This document shows, piece by piece, positions 12,152 through 24,845 of a DNA stretch of 64,000 bases. The notes under the pieces were generated by a model. The model was given only the letters and a program-made list of their open reading frames with translations. It was not told the origin of the DNA and searched no databases. The first letter of the stretch is position 1, and every line of letters begins with the position of its first letter. The DNA comes from Chiloscyllium plagiosum (lineage: Eukaryota), in contig NC_057748.1 of the NCBI RefSeq assembly GCF_004010195.1, forward strand, positions 1,943,246 to 2,007,245, in the 5' to 3' direction. The translations under genes were made by a program, and so were the position numbers.

Positions 12152-12829
12152 GCATCTTATTGATGAATAGAATTGACTAGGTTAGGATAGAATAGCCTTC
12201 ATTGTCACATGCACTTGAATGACTGCAGTGAAAAGATTGTATTTTGGCCTCTTGGTGCCATCTCAAGTACAGGGGACCTAGGTACAGATATTTTAAGTGT
12301 TGTTACAGAATTGAAATAGTGAAACAAATAAAGACTAACATGGGAATACAAAGTCTATAAACACTCCTGAATGTTTATAAATGTCTTTAAAGTACTCCAT
12401 GCCCGCTAGGCCTCAGAACACGAGGGCTTGCTGCCTCAACGTGCTGGTCTCCATCCAGGACTCATTCCCCTCAGCCAGCCTGGGCTCCCCCTACACCCAC
12501 TCAGGCTGTGGCTCAGCCAAAGGCACGTACTCTGTGTCCGGCTCCAGGACTCTGCCTGTGTGCACCACACTCCGGGACTCACCCCGCGCATGCTCTGCTC
12601 CCCCTGTCTGCAGCTGATCTCCTGCCCTGGGCTGGACTTGGATGCCGTTCTCCATTCCCTTCAGGTGAGATAAGTTAAAAATTGAGTGGGTGTGGGGGGG
12701 CAGAACTGCAGCAAGAGGGAGAAAAGAGAGAAGGAGCTTGTGAGCAGAGGAGCTCTGGGTGGTGTGTCTAACTCTGTCACCATGGTTACACGCTGCTGCT
12801 ACTACGAAGCGGTGATAGTAGAGAGAGTA

Positions 12830-13829
12830 AACATTTGTGGATGTGGTGCCAATCAAGCAGGCTGCTTAGACCTGGATGGCATCGAACTTCTTGTGTACTG
12901 TTAGAACTGCACTCATGCAGGCAAGTGAGCAATATTCCATCACACTTGTAGATAGTGGACAGGGGCTTTGGGGAGATATGGCGGAGTTATTTGCTGCAGA
13001 TTCCTAGCCTCTGACCTGGTCTTGTAGCCACTTAAAAAGGCTGGTTCAGTTCTGCTTCTGGTCAATGGTAACCCCAAGAATGTTGATAGTGGGGAATTTA
13101 GCAATGAATTCACCATTGAAAGGCAAGAGGTGATGGTTAGATTCTCTCTTCATAGAGACTATCATTGCCTGGTCACCACTTGCCTGGTGTGAATGTTAAT
13201 TGCCACTTCTCAGCCCAATTCTGAATATTATTCAGTTCTTACTACACTTGGACATGGACTGCTTCAGTAACTGAGGAGTTGTGAAATGATGCTGAACATT
13301 CCCAGTTTTGACTTATGAAGGAAAGGTCATTGATGAAGCAGCTGGAGGATGGTTAGGCCTAGTACACTATCCTGAGGAACTCCTGCAGAGATATCCTGGA
13401 GCTGAAATGACTGACATCCAATAACTCTCCAAAACAATCTCCATCCTCTTCCTCTGTGCCAGGTATGATTGCAACCAGCAGAGACTTGCCCCCTGCTCCC
13501 CGATTCCCATTGACTCCTGTTTTGCTAAGGCTCCTCAAAGCCACTATCAACCAAATGTGGACTTGATGTCAAGGGCAGTCACTCTTATCTCACCATTGCA
13601 ATTCTGCTCAACCAAGGTTGTAATGAGGTCAGGAGACATGTGGTCCTGGTGAACCCAAACTGGGTGTCACTGAGCAGGTTATTGCTGAGTTGGTGCTACT
13701 TGTTAGCACTGGTTGATGACACCTTCCTTTACTTGACTAATGACTGAGAGTAGATTGTGGTGGTAAATGGCCAGAATGGATTTTGCTGTACAGGACATTT
13801 CTCGACAATTATCCAAATTGTTAGGTAGA
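12830..13829 (-). mobile_element. Degenerate LINE (CR1/L2-group) RT 3' region; continues at ~15930-16075
   Basis: Reverse complement is similar to 31305-32030; remnant QGSVLG motif. Confidence 0.6.
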
Positions 13830-15928
13830 CTCATTTCGGGAACTCCGACCACAATGCCGTATTTCTTCTCCCGGCTTACAGGCAAAAGCTCAAGTGGAGA
13901 CTTCCCCTCGTGGATAAAGGTCCAGTGCTGGACGGTGGAAGCAGAGGATCAACTGTGGTGCTGTTTGGAATCGTCTATGTTCAAACAGTCCGCAGGTACC
14001 CAGGTTGGGTACACCACCACCACCATCACAGCCTTTATCAGTAAGTGTGTGGAGGGCTGCATACCGAGCAAGTCAATCCAGGTGTTCCCCAACAGGAGAC
14101 CCTCGATGAATCATACAGAACCTGCTACAAACTGTGTGAAGCCTTCAGATCAGAAGACCCACTCAAATATAAGGAATCTAAGTATGACCTTCACAGAGCC
14201 ATTAAGACAGCAAAGGACCAATACCGATCCAAACAGACACCCGGCGACTATGGCAAGGACTGAGTGACATCACAAGTTCAAAGAAGAGTCAGTGCAAGAT
14301 AGCTGACGATGACATATCCCTCCCAGACCGTCTCCCAGAACTTTGGCAGAGAGGTAGCACCTATTCCGACAGGTCCTGACAAACCTATCCTAACAGTCAC
14401 TGCATCAGAGGTCAGATCAGTTTTCCTTTGCATTAATCCAAAGAAAGTGATGGGAACAGACGGAGTACCAGGCCGTGCAGTCAGAGCATGTGCAGATTGA
14501 CTGGCAGAGGTCTTCCCGGGCATCTTCAACCTCTCCCTGCAGCAGGCCACTGTCCCTGCCTGTTTCAATAATGCCAACATTATCCCTGTGCCTAAGGCGG
14601 CTCATGCAGCATGTCTCAATGACTACCACCCAGTGGCCCTAACTTCAGTGGTAGGAAGTGCTTTGAAAGGTTGGTCATGGCATTAAACAAATCCAGCCTC
14701 CCCACCATCCCTGACCCACTTTAATTTACCTATTAGACCAACAGATCCACGTCAGGTGCCATATCACTTGCCCTTCACTCCTCCCTAGAACATGGTGACA
14801 CGAAGAACAGCTACATAAGAATCCTACTCATTGACTACAGTTCAGCCTTCAACACTATTATCCCCTTGAGACTGAATTCTAAACTTAGTGATCTCAGACT
14901 AAGCCCCACTCTCTGCAACTGGATCCTCAGTTTCCTGATCCACAGGCCACAATCAAAGACGACTGGGGACAATATTTCATCATCAACACTGGAGCCCCCT
15001 AAGAGTGCGTACTCAGCCCCCCTACTGTACTCACTGTATACCCATGACTGTGTCGCCAAATACCAGACTACTGCCATTTACAAGCTCGCTGATGACATCA
15101 CTATATTCGGTCGAATCTCACATGGCAACAAAACAGACTACAGACAGGAGGTGGAAGACCTGGAAAAATGGTGCACTGAGAACAACCTAGCTCCCAATGC
15201 CAGCAAAACCAAGGAACTCATTATTGACTTTCAGCAGAATGTTACTCATGCCCCCCCTACACATTAACAGCACAAAGGTGGAACGAGTGGAGAGCATCAA
15301 GCTCCTGAGAGTGGTCATCCACAACAAGCTTTCTTGGACTGTTCATGTGGACGCACTGGTTACAAAGGCCCAACAACGTCTCCTATTCCTCAGGCAGCTG
15401 AGGAAATTTGGCATGACAGCAAATAGCCTTGCCAACTTTTATAGGTGCGCCACTGAGAGCATTCTGTCTGGATGTCTCACTACCTGGTATGGTAACTGTA
15501 CCATTCAAGATCGGAGATGGTTACAGAGAGTGGTGTTAGGGCTGAGTTCAATCACAAAGGCCAACCTCCCATCTACAGAATCCATCTACCAGGCCCGCTG
15601 TCAGGGAAAGGCCGCCAGCATTTTCAAAGATCCATCCCATCCAAGCAATGCTTTTTTACAACCTCTACCATCAAGAAGGTACAGAAGTCTGAACACATGC
15701 ACCAGCCGGTTTCGCAACAGTTTCTACCCTACTGTTGTTAGAATACTGAATGGACTCACAAACCCTTAACATTCGCCTGTAGCTGTGTTTTAGTTTTTGC
15801 TGCTGTTACCATTATTTACTATCTATGCTACCTAACTCTGTGATCTGCTTGGATTGCTCACAAGACAAAGCTTTTCACTGTGCCTTAGTACACTTGACAA
15901 TAAATTCAATTCAATTTAATTCAATTCA
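13830..15928 (+). mobile_element. Rex1/Babar-like non-LTR retrotransposon, 5'-truncated, frameshifted RT
   Basis: [38 protein letters not shown]; 3' AATAAA(TTCAA)n tail; interrupts an older minus-strand LINE. Confidence 0.8.
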
Positions 15929-16771
15929 GATTCCAGTATTGTCACTGTACTGGGACAGCTGGGCTTAGGGCTCTGCAATTGCTGGAGCACAAGTCTTCAT
16001 TGCTATTGCTGCAATGTTGTCAAGGCCTGTAGCCTTTACAGTATCCAGTGCCTTCAGCTGTTTCTTGATAACACATTGTAAAGACCGGAGTTTTTTATTT
16101 TTCTGTATTACAAAATAAGGCTAGTTCAAAATCACTGCACTTTTTTAAAGCATGTTACCTGACACTCAATGTAAATACTGTTCACACAGCTGTTGATTCA
16201 ACAAGTGGGGGAAGCCTGATTACAGAGGAGCTGGAACCAGGGAGCGGTGTTTGAAGGGAGATTTGACTGGCCACAGGTAGCTGATTGATACTTGGTCACT
16301 AGTCCACAGACCAAGGACAAAGGCTTTTTGCCTGCCAACAACCATGTGATTGGCTCCCAGGTAGCCAAACAGCTTTGGGATAGGAATGTTTGGGGCAGAA
16401 GCTATCAGACCTTTGGGAAGGAAGGTGCTGTTTCTGCTCTGCAGTAAAAGAAAAGCATCTCAAATCTGAAAATAGCCAGTTTGTTTCCCCTTTCCAGTTG
16501 CTGTAAACTGTGATTTTTGTTTAATAAGTCAGAGACCTTTATAAGTCACCCTGTGCCTCCTGCAAAAACAGGCTAATAAGGAAGATAAAGAATCGGCATT
16601 CTGATCAGCAAACTCTGACAGGACTCACTGAACTGCTGCCCTCAGATCCCACCTCCCTCAATCTTTAACACCCATGTTGTTTGAGTGTCTTTCTGTATGT
16701 GAGCTAGAGGCAGAATTTTATAAGTGGGCTAGAGTTTTAACTAAAGTAGTTATATATTGACAGCACATAAC

Positions 16772-17478
16772 CAGGACAGAACCCCACTGGTCCTCACCTA
16801 CCACCCCACCAATCTCCATGTACAGCGCATCATCCGCCGTCATTTCCGCCACCTCCAAACGGACCCCACCACCAAGGATATATTTCCCTCCCCTCCCCTA
16901 TCAGCATTCCGTAAAGACCACTCCCTCCGTGACTCCCTCGTCAGATCCACACCCCCCACCAACCCAACCTCCACTCCCGGCACCCTCCCCTGCAACCGCA
17001 GGAGGTACAAGACTTGCGCCCACACCTCCCCCCTCACCTCCCTCCAAGGCCCCAAAGGAAACTTCCATATCCGCCACAGATTCACCTGCACCTCCACACA
17101 CATCATCTATTGCATCCTCTGCACCCGATGTGGCCTCCTCTATATTGGGGAGACAGGCCGCCTACTTGCGGAGCGATTCAGAGAGCACCTCTGGGCCACC
17201 CGGACGAACCAACCCAACCAACCTGTAGCACAGCATTTCAACTCCCCCTCCCACTCCACCGAGGATATGCAGGTCATTGGACTCACCCACCGCCAAACCA
17301 CAACAACGCGACGGTCGGAGGAGGAGCGTCTCATCTTCCGACTGGGAACCCTCCAACCACAGGGGATGAAGCTGGACAAACTTTCCTCATTCCTGAAGAA
17401 GGGCTTATGCCCGAAATGTCGATTTTCCTGTTCCCTGGATGCTGCCTGACCTGCTGCGCTTTTCCAGCGACACATTTT
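16772..17478 (+). mobile_element. Penelope-like element (Neptune-type), 5'-truncated, GIY-YIG endonuclease ORF
   Basis: Cys-rich linker then IIYCILC...LYIGETGR...RFREH; TSD CAGCACATAAC at 16761 and 17479. Confidence 0.9.
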
Positions 17479-17566
17479 CAGCACATAACTATCAACTTGC
17501 AGTTAACAACAATTACTATTTAGACAAATAAGTAGATGCTAAGTACAGAAACCTGGTTAATACCAG

Positions 17567-17866
17567 GGGCGGCATGTGGCTTACTGGTTAGCACAGAGTC
17601 CCAGGTTCAATTCCAGCCTCAGGCAACTGTCTATGTGGAGTTTACACATTATCCCAGTGTCTACATGAGTTTCCTCTGGGTGCTCCGGTTTCCTTCCACA
17701 GTCCAAAGGTGTGCAGATCAGGTGAATTGGCCATGCTAAAACTGCCCATAATGTTAGATGCACTAGTCAGAGGGAAATGGTCTGGGTGGGTTACTCTTCG
17801 GAGGGTCAGTGTGGACTTGTTGGGCCTAAGGGCCTGTTTCCACAATGTAGGGAATCTAATCTAATC
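17567..17866 (+). mobile_element. HE1-like SINE
   Basis: GGTTCAATTCC B box, V-domain, CR1-like 3' end with (ATCTA)n tail. Confidence 0.8.
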
Positions 17867-18804
17867 ATACATTGTCAACCTGGGTATAAAAAAGCAGGAA
17901 ATTTTTAAAAATCTTTTACATTTGTGAAGTCTCCAAGAGTAGCAAGCCTTGATTTCCAGAACACTACCCGATAAGGTATAACAACATAGAGTAAATCGAA
18001 TAGGCTGAATGCTGGGGTCTGTGATACTGGTGATCTCTGGACACATACATTCATACAGCACAGAAGCAGGCCCTTCGGTCCAACTCATCCATGCTGACCA
18101 AGTTTCCTAAACTGAACTAGTCTCATTTGCCTGCATTTGGCCCATATCTCTCTAACCCTTTCCTATCCATGTACCTGTCCAAATGAGTTTTAAATGTTGC
18201 AATTGAACCCATCTCTACCACTTCCTCTGGCAGATCATTGCATATACACACCTCTGTGTGTATGTGAAAACGTTGCATCCATCCACTTGGCACTTCCAGC
18301 TACAGATTGCTGCAAATACCTCAGTTGTTCTTTTTGTTTGCCCTGATGTGCTGGGCTCCTCCATCATGCAGGGTGGGGATATTTGTGGAGCCTCCTCCTC
18401 CAATGAGGTGTTTAATTGTCCACCAACATTCACGACTGAATATGGAAGGATCGTAGAGCTTAGATCATTTCACCATTTAAACTAAAGTACTGTATTTTAA
18501 CCTGCAAGGCACAGGTGTAATGTTTTTGAAGCACTCATGTACATAAACACAATCCTTCCAATATTGAGAAGCAGGAGGGAATCAACCAGTTTGATTCGAA
18601 GTAATTGCTTCTGATTCCCAGGATGCAGTAAAGCTTCCAAAGACCGACTGCATTTCGTAACTAAAAATACAGAGTTGCTGAAATGAAAATAGAAAGCATA
18701 TTTCAAAGCACTTTATAGGCATCAAGGTGTAGTTGCTAGAATAAAAGAAGCATGGCAAATTACTGCTTGTGCAGTGTGATAAATGTTACAGTACTTTGTT
18801 TTAA

Positions 18805-19015
18805 TGACGGTGGTTGAGGGATAAATATTGGAAACAGGACACCAGGGTTAAATCCCTCTTCAAATAAGGCCATGGGACTTTTTGCATCCAGTTATGAACA
18901 CAGACAGGATCTAAGTTTAAGACTATCAGAAAGACAGCTCTGCCAACAATGTAGGCTCTTCCTCAGGACTGCAGTGGCCGTTTTAATTTGGACTTTGCGC
19001 TGAGGCTCCTACAGT
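18805..19015 (-). mobile_element. Deu-domain SINE fragment
   Basis: GGTTGAGGGATAAATATTGG...GCCATGGGACTTTTTGCATCCA is the reverse complement of the Deu core. Confidence 0.6.
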
Positions 19016-20331
19016 TTGAAATTGAAAAACAGAAACTTCAAGCAGCCAACACAACAAACAGTGGGCTTGTCACATGAGGAGCACGGGAGAGGTCTCAATG
19101 CTGGCTCTTCATCTGCTCCATCCGAAGGGAGGAGGTTTCGGGTCCACGTGGTCCTCAGGCGGAACTTAAAAATACCGACTCTAATTCGCTGGACTGTGTG
19201 CTAACTTTGTTCTTCACAGGCCCTGCAGCAGCCAAGATGAAAGAGCCAGTAATTTGCCACAGTGTAGTGGGGCAGCAGGGTGAGGATTATTTGAGAAACT
19301 GTGACCACGTTACAGCAACACTTCGGCCATAAGGCTTCAGTTAAGATTGAAAAATAAGATCCTAGAGCCCAAAATAATGATCACTGTTATTGAACATCCT
19401 CCCAAAGATCAGTGACCTCTGGCGCCTAGTTTGACGAGGGCACAGGCCAGAGGAAACCACCACCAAATTGGGGGAATTGCCCATCAATCCCTGGAGTTTT
19501 CTTCTTAATTTCTGTTCTGCAGTGTTCAAGACAGCAGTTCCTCACCACCTGCACAAGGATAAATCAGGTCGACAGGCAAGAAGTATCAGCGTTGCCAGAG
19601 TTAGCCACATCACAAGATACAAAAGGTGCTACCCAGCGACTGCGGAAATTTAAGGACATGGAAGAGCATCAAGCAGGCAATCAACATGTTATCCAAGGAG
19701 AGAAGAACAGGCACTAAATGTCATCACGCTGTCTGCTCACCCATCTCTTGACGGTTTGTGGGCTTTTGCTGTACTCAGAGCAGTTGCCATATTTCTTTAT
19801 AAAACAGTGACAGAAAGACAAACTCAGTTCACTAGCCTCGAGTGCTTTGCATCACCCCATGCTTTCTGACCTACAACGGCATGCCTCAATTTTCAAATTC
19901 TTATCCTTTAAATCTTCATGGCCTTGCTTATCTCTTACCTTTGCCAGCCCCAGATCATCCTCAGTGTCATCTGCACACCTCTGTCTCCTGAGTATTCTCC
20001 ATACAGGAAAGAGCCACAGCTACTCTGACCTTGGACTCCATGAGGGTTGACTAGTTGGGGATCAGAGCACCAAATCAGAGAATCGATCTGATGCAGAACG
20101 TTCAACTCCAGAGCAAGTCCCAGTATCCCAGGAATCTAAAGCCTTCCCTCCTGCACTACTTTTTAGCAATGCATTCATCTGCCCTATTTCTACGCTTACT
20201 TGCACCAGTCACTGGGAATAACCTGGAAGTTAATATACACTTGAGGTCGAGCATGCTAATTTCCTACCTAACTCCTTAAATTCTGATTGCAGAACCTCAT
20301 CTCCCTACCAACCAAAGCCATTGGTGCCAAT

Positions 20332-20919
20332 TGTTATGGACTAGGCCAGACCACTCAAAACATTCTTAAGCAGGCAGCCCAGACTGTAGCTTTGCTATTT
20401 GTTTCGGTAAGTGTATAGTGAAAATTACTCAGAGTAGTTAGCTAGATTGACTACCAGGTATTAAAACTGATAATGAAACACAAAAAACTGAATAAAGAAT
20501 ATGTACAGAACTCAGTCTATCCAAACGACTTAATTATGCTGCTCCGAATATACACAACAGTCCCAATGAACAAAACCCTTACACACTGTCAAAATGAAAC
20601 AAAGGCTTACAAGTCCAAGTTAGAAGGGCAGAAGGAGAGAGAGTCCAGCAGCCTGTTTCCACACAGCTCTACAGCTGAACTTCCTAACTTAACCTCAGTT
20701 TCCATGACTGGCCACTCCCCTTTCATTACACAAGTTACTTCTAAACATAAAAGCTTTGGCCTAAAGTCTCATCTGTTTACATATAAACAAAGAGGCCTCT
20801 CAATGCCCTTTTATCTTTGTACCAAACCCAGCTGCTTTGGAGCCCGGAGTGTTTTACCACCCCTCTGAAAAAAAAATCAAGGACACAGTATCCTTGAGAA
20901 AAGGATCAGTTTTGTGACA
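20332..20919. mobile_element. Solo LTR (Gypsy-like), 588 bp
   Basis: Termini TGTTA...TGACA with 4-bp TSD CAAT at 20328-20331 and 20920-20923. Confidence 0.65.
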
Positions 20920-22161
20920 CAATGTGGACCATGACCTCTGGCTGTTCACCCTCCTCCAGAAGAATGGCATGCAGCTGCTCTGAGAGCTTCTTGACCATGG
21001 CACCAATGGGGCAATGTACTATCTGGACTCATGTCAATGACCACAGAAAGATAACAAGTGCATCCCTCATCACTATTGCTCCTCCTTTATTTTCCTCTCC
21101 TACTACATAGCAAAGCACATGTAATACACAAACGTGGCTCTGATTGCACTCCCTTGAGACATCAAAATCCTTACCAGCTTCCAAAACAGAAAAATGTGTC
21201 AGCAGCACACCAAGGGACCCCGGCACTATCTGCCTGGTGGTAGCTCATTCCCTTGCTGCTTCCAGGCACTTAAGCTGCAGTGAGAGTACCTCTCTGTATG
21301 TACCATCCCATACAACAATCAGCCTCAACAATATACCACAGTGACTCAGCCACTGCTCAAACTCAGAAACCCAGATCTTAAGTATCAGTGGTTGGTGAAA
21401 CTTCCAGCACATGTAGTTGTCTATGCCCAGGAACGTCCTGTACACAAAATGCAACTCCAACTCCAACTCGGCCGATTGTTACCCTCGATCATCAGTAAAA
21501 TGATGGCAGGAGTCATCAAAAGTGCTAGCACATTGCACTTGCATAACAATAGCCCGCTCACCCTGGTTTCAATTTGGGTTGCACCAAGGCCAGTCAGCTC
21601 CCAAACTTCATTACAGTCTTGGCTCAAAGATGGACATTGCTGAACTCCAGGTGAGAATAAGAGAGACACTACCCTTGACATCAAGGCTGTGTTCAACCAT
21701 ATGTGGCATCACAGGGCCCAAACAAAATTAGAGGCAATGGGAATCGGTTAAGGAAGGGCAATACAGGCTGGCTGAGCTCACATCCTATGAATGAATAGAA
21801 AAACCCCAGCTGGGGCCATGACCTCCCACATATTGCACATAGATATCAACATCCAGAGTAGCTGTTAACCCCATTCTGGCTGCGGTAAATTTATCTCCTT
21901 GTCATGATGCTGTGGGTGGAACCTGCCCTCAGGCAGAGAACTCAAGATGGAGATCTAGCTCAAATCCAGCTAAAAGCTCAAGAAGCAAGTGGACTTAAGA
22001 TTGAGTACTCTGGAAATAAGCTACAATTTTTCAAGCAAAATCTCCCTCCAAATGAATGAGACTAGATGGTGGTCTGCAAGTGGCACTCCCTCCAACTAAA
22101 TCCCATTGTTCTCTTTGCTTCTCTCTCCCCAGTAGCAATGTTTTACTAAGGAAGCTAATGT

Positions 22162-22282
22162 GGGCGGCACGGTGGCACAGTGGTTAGCACTGCTGCCTCG
22201 CAGCGCCAGAGACCCGGGTTCAATTCCCGCCTCAGGCGACTGATCCACACTGTAATGTAATGTAATGTAATGTAATCTAATC
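22162..22282 (+). mobile_element. Internally deleted HE1-like SINE (head joined to (TGTAA)n tail)
   Basis: Intact GGTGGCACAGTGG / GGTTCAATTCC head followed directly by TCCACAC(TGTAA)n. Confidence 0.8.
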
Positions 22283-24469
22283 CTCCAGGCGTCTAATCAG
22301 AAGGGAACAGAGAATCAACAAGAGCTTTAGTGATGCAGCAAACAGACTGCCCCGAAACCTGCCCTCCCTGACCTCTATTCCTCCCCTCTCTGAAATCTCC
22401 TTACGAGAAAAGTCTCTCAGTGTCAATCTCTCCCGTTGAACAGGGAATGGGCTGATTAAACCGGATATAGAAGGACAAAAGCCCCTTTCTCCTCTCAACT
22501 CAGTTGTGGTAATAAATGCCTGACATCAATCCATTAGCAAGGTTTCCCTTGTATAACGGAAGCACTGGTAGATCAGCCCATGCTTAACACTCCCAGATGT
22601 AAGAATAACCCTATCTTGGTCAATGAAGACTGAGTGGGCTTCAGTGGTGCAGAAATGGTGCTTGGTTTATACGTTTCGTTCAATATTACCCTTCTTTTGA
22701 TATCCCATCTACCACTTCCCTGTTTTCTATTAAATTTGTTGACCTATTTTGGCAATTACATGATTATTATATGCTTTTAACCTGATTACTTCATCTATAT
22801 ATGGATTTTGTGATGTAATTTACACTGCACTTCAGCCTTTGGACAGTGACATGATTCTTGAATTAAATACAATAAACATCAATACTATGGATCAAATGTT
22901 TAACCTGCAAAAAACACCCACAACCCAAGTGTCTCTGATCACCCCATACTAAAACAGGGGCTCAGGACAAACTCCCGCAATTTCAATCTGCATTACAACT
23001 GGTTTTTGCTACTCAGATGGAGATAAGGGGGACTGTTTTATCACAGCAAGGTATTGTTATCTAAAACATACTGCCTGAAAGGGAGGGAGAAGTTGATTCA
23101 ACAGGAACTTTCAAAAGGAATTTGGATAAATATTTGTAAAAGGAACTTTTTGTGGGTTTATTTTGAGGGTGGGAAGTTGTGGGGTAATTGCGAAACCCTC
23201 ATGTTTTCTCAAGTTTCCAAAGGGCCTCTTTTGTACTGTATCATCTGTTATGTCCCCAGCTAATGTTATTATTGACAAGTCAAATCCCAAAAAGGAATTT
23301 GACTTGATAGATATTTTTGGCCTTTACAATGTGGCCTTTTACTGAAACACAAACATGCAATGCTGCAGATGAAATTTTAACAGAAGTTTATCACGCAAAG
23401 GAAGGATAACCAGACTCAAATTATTCATGTATATATATAAGTCAAGCGATAGTGACTATATTCTGTCTCTTAGTGATGGTCACAGCCCGGCATTTTGTAT
23501 GGCATGCATGTTACTTGCCACTTGTCAGCCCTAGCCTGGATATTGTCTGGACCTTGTTGCATTTGGACATGTTTCAAATGTGTTTTTATTGAATTCAAAT
23601 TCCACCATCTACCATGGTGGGATTTGAACCTGGGTCCCCAGAACATTATCTGGGTCTCTGGATTAGGTCTCGTGGTGATACCACTAGGCCTTCACCTTCT
23701 CTTGAGAGAAAGGTCAGTGCTGCCTTCCACTGTAGGGATTCTGATATGATTGCAACCAAACGTGTTAACTCACTTTAAATTTGGGTGGATGTTATGACCT
23801 TTTTTAAATTGTTTTTTTCTCCCCCCTTGAACTTTGGTTATCATTTGGGTGAGGTTGGTTGCGCAAGGAGCAGGGTGAAAATGGCAGCACTGATGTACTG
23901 GTCACATCTTTGCCTGAAATGAGAAATCTGTCCCAAAAAGTCTTAAAGAGCAGCAAGGAGGTCTAGGTCCACCATCCACAATGTGAATCAGGTGCACCAT
24001 GACTGTCTTAACTCATGGGCTCTTCTTAAAACTGTCAAAATCACCAACACTACACCTTTTTTCCTTCACCTTCCTGGTATTTGGGTTATTGTTTGTCGCC
24101 TGAGGGAAGCAGGGATAGCAGCACCATCAGGACAAATGTAGTGACTAAGATACCAACTAAATGAAGTGTGCTACATTGGAAAGAAACGGCCTTTTATTTA
24201 GAGCTGTAAATATCCAGCACTTAAGTTGCATATGTAGTTTCAGAAAAGCTTGAAGCGAGAATCTTTTTGAAGGTATTATATATTGCTCATCCTAAATTGC
24301 TCTGTGGTAGTGGGCTGCTGGAGATCAAGAAATGGTAATATAATTTAAAGAATGCCAAGTTTCTCACCATGATTTTGAAGTGGTGTTTCCTTCTGTTTAC
24401 CCTAATCCTACCTTTAGGTTTAGTAAGTATTTTGAAGGGAGATTTGGTGAATTGACACAGTGCATCTGT

Positions 24470-24845
24470 TTTCCCTGGAGCGTTGGAGGCTAGGGGGTGA
24501 CCTTCGAGGTTTACAAAATTGAGGGGCATGGAAAGGGTAAATAGGCAAAGTCGTTTCCCAGGGATCAGGGAGTCCAGAACTAGAGGGCATAGGTTTGGGA
24601 TGAGAGGGGAAAAATATAAAAGACACCAACAGGGCAATCTTTTCACACAGGGTGGTACGTGTATGGAATGAGTTGCCAGAGGATGTGGTGGAGGCTGGTA
24701 CAATTGCAACATTTAAGAGGCATTTGGATGGGTATATAAATAGGAAGGGTTTGGAGGGATATGGGCCGGGTGCTGGCAGGTGGGACTAGATTGGGTTGGG
24801 ATATCTGGTCGGCATGGACAGGTTGGACCGAAGGGTCTGTCATCC
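24470..24845 (+). mobile_element. CR1 (HER1-like) LINE 3' end
   Basis: AGAACTAGAGGGCATAGGTTT...TGGAATGAG.TGCCAGAGGA..TGGTGGAGGCTGGTACAA. Confidence 0.8.

Noticed and set aside
16078-16760. Possible LTR starting TGTAAAGACC (similar start at 8591)
   Set aside because: No matching 3' terminus or TSD could be identified, so it was not called.
16757-17449. 230-aa ORF as a domesticated host nuclease gene
   Set aside because: A 5'-truncated Penelope copy with TSD, no ATG start and several paralogous copies in the window.
22162-22235. tRNA gene (also 28760-29130 and 32240-32310)
   Set aside because: A/B boxes belong to SINE heads; no complete cloverleaf with acceptor stem.
24118-24136. REST/NRSE-like site (AGCACC..GGACA) in SYNGR1 intron 1
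   Set aside because: Half-site spacing and flanks do not fit the consensus.
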